From contig JBHGNT010000012.1 of the NCBI GenBank assembly GCA_043228905.1, positions 5,208,001-5,272,000 on the forward strand: DNA of 64,000 nt, in the 5' to 3' direction. The notes beneath the pieces were generated by a model. That model was not told where the DNA came from. It worked only from the letters and a program-made list of their open reading frames with translations, and did not search any database. The DNA comes from Azolla caroliniana. Its lineage: Eukaryota > Plantae > Polypodiophyta. Positions within the stretch are counted from its first letter, which is position 1. Each line of letters starts with the position of its first letter. The translations under genes and the position numbers were made by a program. Positions 26,718 through 37,461 of the stretch are shown piece after piece.

Positions 26718-27638
26718 TAGTTAGGTGCAACATGTGTAGTATAATGTGTGAAGTGCGAGCCTCCACATTTGTCTCATGTCATGATACATTAGCATTGCAA
26801 AAAGGTCTCATTTACATAGGAATCTAATGATGCATCATGAAGCAAGTGTCTCACATCCCATCTACCAAACCATTTTTCTATATCTTGCATCCAACCAGAA
26901 CACAAAATTTTGCTTTTATGCGTCTCCCATCATCTACATATAGCAAAAGCATAATCACAACATTCCCAATGGCAACTTCTTCAACACATTCTTCCTTTGC
27001 AAACTTGGTAACCATTTCTTCCAATTCATCAATGCATAGACAAATAGTGTTGGTGAGAGTGGGGATCCTTGCTTAACACCAATAGTGCTTTTGAAAAAAT
27101 CTGAAAGTTTATCTCTCATGCGCACACAACATATAACCTTCTCATAGATTCGGGAAATTGCAAACATATATTCACTTGGCACCTCAAGTTCTTCCATTCG
27201 CCTCCAAAGATGCTCACGAGGTACCATATCAAAAGCTTTCTTCAAGTCTACAAAGCAACAATATAAACCTTTACCTCTAAGGCGACTTTCCTCCATTAAT
27301 ACTCAAAGGGTGATAAGGTGATCAATGGTGTTATGGTGTTTCCGAAAGCCAGCTTGTCCATAAGCTCTCTTACCACTTTTTTCAGCCCATACACTTATCT
27401 TTGATTCCATTATACATCCAAATAGTTTTGCCATTAATGAGCCAACCGTGATGGTTCGATAGTTGTTTACATTATTTATATCTCCACCTTTATGTAAAGG
27501 TTTGATCCAATTTGTAGTCCAATCGTATGGCCTACCATGTTGCAATGCATCATTAAACATATCGCTTATCCATATATGTGCTTCCTTTCCTGTCCATTTG
27601 AGCATTTCAGCCTTTATACATTGAAGATCGCTTGCCTT

Positions 27639-29090
27639 TCAAGAGGCCAATTTCTTAAGTCCTATGCATATATCTTCAATTGTAAAGAAGGGAGGCATAT
27701 GTGAAAGAGAACCATAACACATCATCTTTCCGGCAAGAGATAACTCATATAAATTCTTACAATGCATAGACAAGTCGTGAAGAGTTAAGTCACCATAACT
27801 CTCAGCGTGTTTCCCCTTTAGATTTCCCCAAAATTTAGCACATGCATGTGCTTTCTCTTGTGTTTGGACAAATTGTTGAGTAACTTCCCATATTCTTCTC
27901 TTTCTTTGATTAAGCCTTTTATACTCATGCAAATGTTTTTGGTAATTCTCTTTATTCTTAACTACATCCAAAACTATAAGACACTTTCGAGCTTCACGAC
28001 ATTCTTTATTAAACCATTTTTTCCTAAGTTTCTTGGTGCATTTCCAAGATGTGCGGTTGGTCGAAAAACATTTGTTTGTACAGGAGAGAATGACTTTCTT
28101 GAAAGCTTCCCATTTGCATTCTAGTGTGGCACCATGTTGTATCTTTGTCATTTGTAACATATCCTCAACCATCTTGGAATACATGGGTGCTCGCTTAAGG
28201 TTCATGCTCAAGTGTGGTTGTTTATTATCTTCAATAGCCTTCTCACAATCAAACCTATGCATACATTTGAGATCAATACATAAAGGCCTATGATTGGATT
28301 CCGGTGTCCATTGACCAAGTGAGAATTTATGTATATGATCCAAAATACTGTCGGAAAGTAGCACATAGTCAATCACACTATTTCCGTTGTGTTTTCTACA
28401 TGTAAAACCATTAGTGTTGGGCCATAAGGAAATACCATTTGCAATAAGCAATCTGGTACTATTGCACATTTGTAGGAGTAACTTCCCAAATTGGTCAGGA
28501 TCTTTTTCATCGCTAGAAGAGCAGCTATACATTTGCATATCCTCTTGCATCCTTGAGATATGTGGCATGAAAGATTCTTGTGAATCAAGTTGGAAACTTC
28601 TTGTACGAGCATTCATCTCACCAAAGACAATAACTTCCCCTTCGGATTTGAAATAAGCAATATCATCTTCTAGATTGGCAAACGGTTGATCTTTATCCAA
28701 ACAAGCATAAAAGTTAGAATCTTGATGAGGAATGTAACATCCAACTACAAAAGTGGGCAAATCATTAGGTGTTTCTATTTTGAGCCATATGTAGCATTTA
28801 TTTTCATCATTTTTTATGATTGACACATATTTCTCTATTTCCTTCTTAATCAAACATGTCACCCCTCCTTGTCCTCTTCTTTGTCTTGGATTTTTCTTCC
28901 ATATCAAAGAGTGTACATTATAGTTTCCTAAACCTTGAATCCTTTGAGTATCATGCTCCCATGTTTCAACAAGAAGTGTGATATCCGAATCATCGGTGAA
29001 CTCCTCTATGCCAAATCCCGCATTCCATGGGTATCCATTGCAATTCCAAAAGCATAGTCGTAAAAGGCGTGGGTTAATCTCATAGATCAC
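27639..29090 (-). pseudogene. LINE ORF2 apurinic-like endonuclease domain
   Basis: 483-aa ORF with canonical EEP/APE motifs; RT continues in broken frames to ~26930. Confidence 0.88.
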
Positions 29091-29100
29091 GTGTCCCTAT

Positions 29101-29946
29101 TTGCCTACATTTCCATCTTTAGGCACATCCTTAACCTTATTTTTCAATCTTTCTTCATATGCTTTACGACGAGCATTTTGTTGTGAGATAGTACGATCTT
29201 CACTCACAAAGCATTATGTACCTTTGAGTTATACCCAACTATTTTCGAGTATGATCCACCGCTTTGTATCATCTGTCATTGTGCATACAATAGGCCTTTC
29301 TCCGGGGCGAGTAACACCATATTTCCCAACTCGGTGTGCCCCATATACATTCACATCTGACATCCCATAATGCATGCTAAAAAATTCACCAATGGCCTTT
29401 CCAAGGGATGCAGGTGTTTCCATACTCTCTTCTTTAATCCCACAGACGACAATGTTCTTTGATCGTCGTTCACGTTCTTTCAATTCTCGGGCATCTATGC
29501 TTTCTATATTCTTCTCTTGATGCATCACATGCATATTAGATGAGTTTGATAGCACATCCCCACCACATACATCGGCCCATGACTTCGTTGTACATACATT
29601 TTTCATCTCACTTACATCCCGCCTCATCGTGTCCAATTTTTCTTCTTTTAATGCTTCCTTTAACTCAACCTTGTTAAGGCGCTCATTTGTTTCAAAAGAA
29701 GCTCTTTTACATTCTTGGATCTCTTCTTGAAGTTTTGCAACCACTTGTTTAAGACTTTCATTCTTAATGACAACACTTTGATTAATGTCCTAATCTCTTC
29801 ACCTTGCTTGTTTATGGTTTCTTGAAGAGAAATCAAGTGACTCATAAGCATTTTGTCTATTGCATTAGAATCGAGATTTGTTGGTGATCTCGGCTCATTA
29901 TCAATCATACCCCGAACTTTGCGGCAGCTTTACGAGTATTTGCCAT
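29101..29946 (-). pseudogene. LINE ORF1 (coiled coil + RRM-like), frameshifted
   Basis: ERERRSKNIVVCGIKE...AHRVG...RPIVC motif typical of L2/CR1/RTEX-type ORF1. Confidence 0.75.
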
Positions 29947-30955
29947 TGTAGGGAAAAACCCTACGGGAAGAGAGAGACAAAGAGGGAAGGAGAGAGAATT
30001 TACCTTTCACTCGATTTAGGGCTTCAAAATCTACCTTCCGTTTGAGGAACCGTGGGGCAAAGATGGATGTGGATGAAAATGCTCATAACTTCTCGCCACG
30101 GTAACAGAATTCAGTAAATGAACATTCTTTAGAAAGCTCTCTCAAAGAGCTTTCCAATGAGCTATAGAACATATAAAACGATGGCCGGAGTGAACTTACA
30201 AAGAACTTACATGTGTCAGGAGAATATAGGTACAAAAGTGTAAGTTCTATATTAAATGTACTTAGGACTGGAGGATCTAGAATATCCCACTTAAGTAACA
30301 GGTCCTATTTAAGGCGTTATAATCAACACTTCTAACTAGATTCTATCTAGGTAACTACGAAGTTACTTGGTTGACTAACTAACTAAACTAAGTTGAGCTT
30401 GATCTCTCAACAGATGATCTGGCCATTGGAGGAAAGAATCTAGCCAACATTAGTAAGGTCAAATCACTCCTATCCGGCAAATTTGAAATGGAAGATATGC
30501 AGGAGCTCCATTATTTTCTAGGTATAGAAGTAATTCGGACACTAGTCGAGATTATGATCTCTCAACAGCACTACATCCTCAACTTGCTCTACAAGTTCGG
30601 AAAGACTGAGTGCAAGCCTGTGTCAACCCCTATTGATCGAAACCTCAAGCTCGATGCCGACTCAAGAACAGAAGAGTGCGAGCTGACTCAGTATCGTCAG
30701 TTGATCGGTAGCTTAATCTATCTAAACATCACACGACCCGACCTTCGCTATTCGGTTAGTGTACTTAACCAATTCATGTAGAACACTTGAAATGTTCATC
30801 TCTATTGCGCTAAGAGTACTTAGGTACGTTAGTGGTACAATGGATTACAACATTCTCTACAAGTCAGAAACAATCATCCAACTCGAAAGGTACACAAATA
30901 TAGATTGGGCCGAGTATAAGGCCAATAGAAGATCGACCTCAGGGTTCGTCTTCTC

Positions 30956-31400
30956 TGTTACTCCCTCCTAGTGAACACCTTCGATTACTCCTCCTGAGTA
31001 ATCGGGTCAAGGAATCATGGTGCGTAAGAGACTCAAGGTCATCGAATCGTTTATAGAGAATACGATTGTCACACTACGGAATCGGTTACCACCGATTCCT
31101 ATATTCGTCCTTACACAGACTGAACATTATAGAGATCTAATGGCTAGAGAGGAGATAGACACAAAGTTTACCCACAAGGAAGATATGTATATTCGATTAA
31201 CTGTAGCGTACAAGCATAGATACAAGTTCCAAGTATAATCAGAAAGACACTTACTCATTCTCTCTTAGTCTATTACTTAGGCTTAGTCTTTGCTAGATTC
31301 TCTCTCCCTTTCTGTGTTCATTACGTTTCGATATATATAGCTTCCCTTCTGCTCAGCAGTTTCCACCTGCTCCTTCCATGACATCCGGCTTCCTTATTCG
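30956..31400 (-). mobile_element. Truncated LTR fragment interrupting C5 RNase H
   Basis: C5 homology stops at ttctc|tgttactccc (reverse complement gggagtaaca, a typical LTR 3' end); TATA tract ~31331; other end lost. Confidence 0.6.
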
Positions 31401-31404
31401 GTCT

Positions 31405-32567
31405 ACGACAATAGCCTCGACAACTAGCACTAGCCGACCCGGAAATTTGCAAGACGGTGGTTTGGGCCTTACATGGTGACAAGCGCGAACGACAATGCAA
31501 CCTATCACCTTGCAGAGCTCGACGAAATGAGGATCTTGATACCAGTTGCGGGGAAGTGGATCAACACCTTCAAGAAGTGACACGACGTAGAATCGGATCC
31601 GGAGGTAGGGGTTGGAAGCGCGGACGATGACGAGGAGTCGGATGAAGATAAGATCAATGACGGTTCGGACGAGGACAAGTAAGGAATGACCCGGAATCCC
31701 CACTATTTCCCTAGATCAACACATACTAGAGGATCTACAGTTTGGTGGGGATGGATGTCGTGGGGGATTCCAGCCATTTGGAGAAAGGGGGGCCGGATGT
31801 GTGTGAACAGGGCTCTGCACGGATGCACACGAAACCGCTTTGATGTACCATCATGTGTAGATAGTATAGTGTTAGTTTAAGTGTTGATGAATGCTAGGTA
31901 GGAGTGATTTGATAGGTACTTTAAGACCACACGGGTGGAGAGGAATAAAGAGGATAGTTAGGAGGAAATTGAGGAGAGGATCAAGGACAGAAAAGTGGTT
32001 GTGATAACAGCTTGATGTAACAACCTCTCTCTCCTTGAGCTACAAAAGGAGGGAGAGGAGGTGGAGTGAGGGATCCATGTTTTGGGAGGTCGAAGTGCTG
32101 TTGGTTTGCGATCCGGAGCTTTGTCGGTTCCCTGTGTTCTTTTGTGTATCCATGTGATGTTGTGGAGGCCTCTGCTCACGTAGGAAACCTGTGTGCTCCT
32201 GACTAGAGGCCCACTAGTATCCGAATGTGTGTGGGTGGAGTTCGAAGCTTTGTCACGGCCGAGTCCGGTTGTAATCTCTTTGTTCTCCGATCAATCATAT
32301 TGATTTTCGTTGTGTTCTCTCTTTGTGTTTGGGGAATACTCGTCTATGTTTTCTTAGTCGTTTTCCTGTGATCACTTGGGTCCCTGAGCCCATTTGCTCA
32401 TCATCCAGAATCTAGAGTTAGGTCCGGATCGAACTGCTTTGCAGGCCCGAGTGTCTGTGAAGCCATTCATTAAACTCTCTCTCTTCCTCTCTCTGTCACC
32501 GGCTCCTTGGTCCAAGACCCCGGTGGTCCTGTGTTGTCTCGACACATACTCGCAGAATTCTGCGACA
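31405..32567 (+). mobile_element. 3' end of a Ty3/gypsy element of the TGTCGTG family: integrase tail, PPT, 3' LTR 31756-32567
   Basis: VYDNSLDN...RKFARRWFGPYMV...NATYHLAELD and acidic tail; purine-rich tract ending 31755; LTR tgtcgtg...ctgcgaca. Confidence 0.8.
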
Positions 32568-34944
32568 ACAGATGCCGTCTTCATCTAGTTGCATGATTGA
32601 GAACAATGGTCGTGAGAGCTCAGGTATGGGTCAGACATAGTGTAGTACTAATGTAGTGCCACCTGGAAGGTTGAGCTCTACAATGCCGATTCCAATTATG
32701 TCGTAGTGTTGCGAGTTTCCGATTTGAACTGAGTTGGAATGTCGGACCGAATATTGCCGAAATTGGGATTTATGAGGGGTCACATGATAGGACACACCCG
32801 AATCTAGGAGCCATGTGCTCGATTCTTCAGTCGCAAGCAGAACTTTTGATTCGACTGAGTTTTCAATCGATAATATATTGGGGTTGTCCGTCAATACTTC
32901 GAGTGAGGCGCCGATATAGTTGACCTCCTCCTACCGGCCACCCTTGTGATAAGCTCTCTAAGCCTTTTAATTTTTAGCTTTGAGAACATGGCAGTTGACC
33001 TTGATATGTTTAGGTTTCTTGCAATAATTGCATATTCGATTATCTCGAGACTTGCTTTGGACTCGCGTGTTGTTCGACGGTCGGGAAGAACTTCTTCCTC
33101 AACTATTCGGTCAGTCTGTCATAGACACACCAACCGTGAACTCAGATGAAGCACAGATGATGGGGTTACGAGTGTGGAGCTTAAGAAGCTAGGAATGACA
33201 AAAGAGCATGAAGACAGAGTTGAAGAAGGAGACAAAAGGGAACGCTAATCACATGGTACAATGACTTCCGAAGGCGAAAGCGCACGCATCAAAGATCATT
33301 GAGTTCAGGATAACCTTGGACGACCGCGCTGCTCGCTGGCATTCCCGGGTCGATATCATGTCGTTCGCAACGTTTGACCAGCTTCAATCGTCATTTTTGC
33401 GATTCTTCCATCGGAGTGTCCCTCAGCGTGAGATTATCGGCCAGTTTTACACCATCAAACAACTTTCGAAAGAGTCCGTAGCTGATTTCAGTCTGCGATT
33501 TCAGAGCCTATGGCATCAACTCACACGTGCTCCGACGGAGGACGAGGCTAAGGACACATTTTTGGCAATGTTACGACGACCCCTCAGGACTACCCAAACT
33601 ACGCAAAATGTGAAGGACGAGACGACGAATGTGGTTATCGAGCAGGCGTTGCAACTCGAACTAGAAGACGAGGATGAAGTATTGTCCATGGCATCGCTCA
33701 GGCAGGCGTTGCTCCAAGACGAGGAATATCGGTTCCGCTAGGCCATTCAATGCACAATCTGCTTGAACTCAAGGCACTCCACGGTGTATTGTAACATGCG
33801 GATACGTTGCCCCATTTGCCATTCATGGGCGCATACGGTGGACCAATGCGAATATAATATGTTGAACAAGGTCACCCCGACAGTTCGCCGTATGGAACCA
33901 CAACGACAATACCGCCAAAATGACCAAGGGGCATCAATATGATAATCGACGTCCTACCAACAATCGCGGCAAACAGGCTAGACCCCGATGCCAGGCACAG
34001 GATCAACGTCGTTACGAGGAAAGCTCTGAGGAGGAATGACGCCAAGACCCTCATCGGGAATATCGCCAAAAACCCTGTAATCATAGATGATTTCAGCAAA
34101 CACAGGAAGGGCAATCCGCACCTATCGACACCACCGCAACTCCAATATTGGAGAAAGGCGAGTCCAATGTACATTGCTTCGTATGCCAACATCCAAGCCT
34201 CTACGCGACGCAATGTCCACATTGCAATAAAGGAAAGGAACTAGCCGTGAACACCATCAAGGTGGATGTCCAACAGGTCACAACACGTAGTCAGGCAAAA
34301 AACACAGAATGGGCAGAACAAGATGACATACACAAAGCAGCCCAGGCCTTGGTAGAGAAAGCAAATGAGGCTAACGCGGAGCGGATGAGGCAAGAATCAA
34401 CGAGCACCACCACGCAGATCGAAGATAAGACATTATCAATAGACCCGATATGCAAGCACTAGCAGACTGCGAAATCATGCTGACCATGGATAAGCTATTA
34501 CTACTAGTTCCACGGTTCCAACAGTAGGTAGAGAATCGCATACGGGGTACCGCCGGCCTGGAAATCTCGGCAAATTACTCCATTATTGATCCAACAGTGG
34601 TAGATCACCATAACCAAACCATTATCGTGGTACTATAGGGCCAAAAAATAGCGGGATGCATCGTCGATGGCGGATTTGGAGAATATGTGATTAGTAAAAC
34701 CACTTGTAATCGGTTGGGCATTACGGACTAGGAAGTATGCCCATTTTGGATCCAAATGGCAGATACCCGCTCCGTTAGACTGCTAAGGTTAATTCGGAAG
34801 CTAGGAGTGGAAGTCGGCGGCCATCACTTTGAGATCTCTGGGGTCGTACTCGCTCTGGACGCCCCAGGGGCATACCCAATTTTGTTAGGAAGACCATGGC
34901 GACGGTTTGCTGATAACAAGCAGAATAGGCAGCATAATTGCATG

Positions 34945-35288
34945 GCGCAAGGTTAGAGCGCGTAACAGTGTACAGAGAGAGAGAGAGAGAGAAGAAGAGG
35001 TCGTCGCCTCTGTTGTAACCGTCGCCTATGACGAAGATAGCAAGCTCGAGGTCGTTGCCTCGGTGCTCTACTATTGTACATTCTGATATAGTGATAGTTT
35101 GCAGTCTGTGGGCTGCCGTGGTTTTTTCCCTAGTTTGGGTTTTCCACGTTAACATCCTGTGTACTCTTCTCTTCACTGTGTCATGCGTTCATTCCCGTCT
35201 TTCTGTGTTTGATTCTAAGCTTGGTTGTAGCCGAGCGTTGTTCATCGGGAGCGTAGTTCTTGTCACGCAATACACTGTACTCCATTCA
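34945..35288 (+). mobile_element. 3' half of a copia LTR related to the C6 LTR, occupying the place of the gypsy RT
   Basis: gagctcgaggtcgttgcctc...tagtgatagtt...gggttttccacgt...tttctgtgtttgattct shared with 15720-15987. Confidence 0.75.
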
Positions 35289-36085
35289 AATGGGCGGCAA
35301 CAGAAGACAAGGTGTACGAGGCACTAAAAATCATGTTGACCCAAGCACCCGTCGTATAGCCCCCAGACTAGTCCAAATCATTCCACGTATTCATGGATGT
35401 CGAGCCCCCAGACTAGTCCAAATCTTTCTGTGTTTGATTCTAAGCTTGGTTGTGGCCGAGCGTTGTTCATCGGGAGCGTAGTTCTTGTCACGCAATACAA
35501 TGTACTCCATTCAAATGGGCGGCAACAGAAGACAAGGTGTACGAGGCACTAAAAATCATGTTGACCCAAGCACCCGTTGTACAGCCCCCAGACTAGTCCA
35601 AATCATTCCACGTATTCATGGATGCCTCCGACATCGCAATTAGCAATGCACTAATGCAGCTCACCAAGCCTAGTTGGTACCGGCTGATATACTACTCCAG
35701 CCGCAAATTATCCGATGCGGAGCGGAACTATTCAACGACAAAGCGTGAAGCCCTGGGAATGATCTACAACATAAATAAATTCTGACATTACTTATTAGGA
35801 CAAAAATTCACGTTTCATGTGGACCACGCAGTGCTACTTTACTTAGTAGAGAAACAGGCGTTAATGGGGAAATTAGCCATATGGATGCTGCTACTCCAGG
35901 AATTCGAATTCACAATCCAACATAGGCCTGGGACACAACACACCGTAGCAAATTATCTAAGCCGAATAAACAACGACGACAATGCAATACAGTGAGACGT
36001 TGATTTCCTCGACGTTGATATTCTGCAAGTTGCGGCTATAGCAACACAAGAAGAGAAGAATTTTCCGGACCGATGGCTGATAGAA

Positions 36086-37393
36086 ATGACCTACTTCTTG
36101 ATGACGGGATTGCCACCACTGCAACTACGCATGGATGAAAAGAAAAGACTCGCAGTACAGAGCCGGAATTTTTGTGTAGTTGAGGGAGTACTATACCATA
36201 AGGGGAGCAATGGTATTTGGAGGTCTGGTATACGACAAGATGAGAAGGACATTGTTTTACACGAAGCTCACTACGGTACGGCAGGAGGCCATTACGTAGG
36301 AGATGTTACGGCCCGAAAAGTGTGGCAAGCAGGCCTTTGGTGGCCGACTACGCAAAAGGATGTGTATCAATATTGTAAAGAGTGTGACCTCTGCCAACGC
36401 ATGGGCCAACCCACGGAGTTCTCACAGATGCCGCACCAACCAGTGCTTCTACTCGACCCTTTCCAAAAATGGGGTCTCGATTTTGTCAGCCCCTTTGCTC
36501 CAGCAGTAGCACGAACAGGTAATATATATATCCTAGTTGCCACGAATTATTGCACGAAATGGGTAGAAGCGAAAGCATTACAGGATAACACCGCGGCGTC
36601 CACGATGAAGTTTTTATACGAACAGATTTGGTGTCGTTTTGGCTGTCCAATAGAACTCATCAGTGATCAAGGAAGTTCTTTTTTGAATGTGGTTATTCAC
36701 GACCTCACAACTCATTACGCCGTAGTACATAAGAAGAGTACGTCGTCTTATCCCCAAGCGAATGCGTTAGCGGAATCGACGAACAAAACGTTGCAGAATA
36801 TACTGAAAAAGATCGTTAATGAGAATAGAATGGACTGCGACACAAAGCTGCATAGCGCCTTCTGGGCTTACCACACAAGCTATAAGACCAACATACAATC
36901 AACCCCCTTCCGACTAGCATTCGGGCTAGAAGCCGTAATGCCCATTGAATTTCAGGTACCCAGCTTGCGCATTCAAATCCGCGAAAGACTGTCAGAAGGC
37001 CAGCCCGAACAAATTCGCGTACAACAATTACTCGAATTAGGCGAAGCGAGAATCCACAGTATGGCAATCTTGGAACACGAGCAACGACGACGAAAAGCAT
37101 TTGTAGATTTCCATTGTGGCACTAGTGAAAAGCATTTTCAAATTGGTAAAGCGGTCTCAGTTTTCCAAACTCACATGGGCCAAATGCCAGGGAAACTACA
37201 GTTCCGTTGGACAGAGCCATATTGGATAATAGGGGCGGAAAATGGAACACTCCAATTAGGCACCCTCGCAGGCGAAGTATTGCAGCAAAAAGTAAACGGG
37301 TTCCGCCTAAAGCCGTACTTGGGACCTACACCGCCTAATCCGTTTCGTGCCGTAAAACAGAATATGACCGTTGGCTCTTGCACCGACAAATAG
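36086..37393 (+). CDS. Ty3/gypsy integrase (open frame within defective element)
   Basis: H-x6-GHY...CDLCQR; PFQKWGLDFV; FGCPIELISDQG; YPQANALAES; TPFRLAFG; RWTEPY. Confidence 0.85.
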   Translation: MTYFLMTGLPPLQLRMDEKKRLAVQSRNFCVVEGVLYHKGSNGIWRSGIRQDEKDIVLHEAHYGTAGGHYVGDVTARKVWQAGLWWPTTQKDVYQYCKECDLCQRMGQPTEFSQMPHQPVLLLDPFQKWGLDFVSPFAPAVARTGNIYILVATNYCTKWVEAKALQDNTAASTMKFLYEQIWCRFGCPIELISDQGSSFLNVVIHDLTTHYAVVHKKSTSSYPQANALAESTNKTLQNILKKIVNENRMDCDTKLHSAFWAYHTSYKTNIQSTPFRLAFGLEAVMPIEFQVPSLRIQIRERLSEGQPEQIRVQQLLELGEARIHSMAILEHEQRRRKAFVDFHCGTSEKHFQIGKAVSVFQTHMGQMPGKLQFRWTEPYWIIGAENGTLQLGTLAGEVLQQKVNGFRLKPYLGPTPPNPFRAVKQNMTVGSCTDK

Positions 37394-37461
37394 ACGGGGC
37401 CCACTTGTAGAAAATGTAACAGTAATATTGTACTTTACCATTTTTTTTAAAAAGGGCATTC

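Larger units (their letters stand above)
25620..30208 (-). mobile_element. Near full-length RTEX-like LINE (ORF1 + APE-RT-CCHC ORF2) with (ATCT)n tail, inserted in the C7 5' LTR
   Basis: ORF1 ~29101-29946 (coiled coil + RRM-like); APE motifs WNCNG, ETW, GEMNART, SVIDY, SNH; RT QAGFRK, FVDLKKAFD, GVKQGSPLSPTLF, YVDD; C-terminal LRCETGRW...CTLC...ESEYH...C; 3' tail agat repeats. Confidence 0.9.
22244..30412 (-). mobile_element. Internally deleted copia 'C7' (3' LTR 22244-22686; 5' LTR 25509-30412 split by a LINE), TSD GATGA
   Basis: gatga at 22239-22243 and 30413-30417; PBS ctctggtacca ending at 25508; PPT 22687-22701; gag 24864-25340, PR/IN 23721-24854; RT and RH absent. Confidence 0.93.
14646..30955 (+). 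mobile_element. Decayed copia 'C5' pol in three pieces (14646-15401, 20645-22243, 30413-30955), host of C6 and C7
   Basis: Colinear PR-IN-RT-RH sequence homologous to C4, resuming exactly after each insertion. Confidence 0.88.

Noticed and set aside
31464-31490. LTR end followed by PBS (ttaca tggtgacaagcg)
   Set aside because: It is in-frame integrase coding sequence (WFGPYMVTS).
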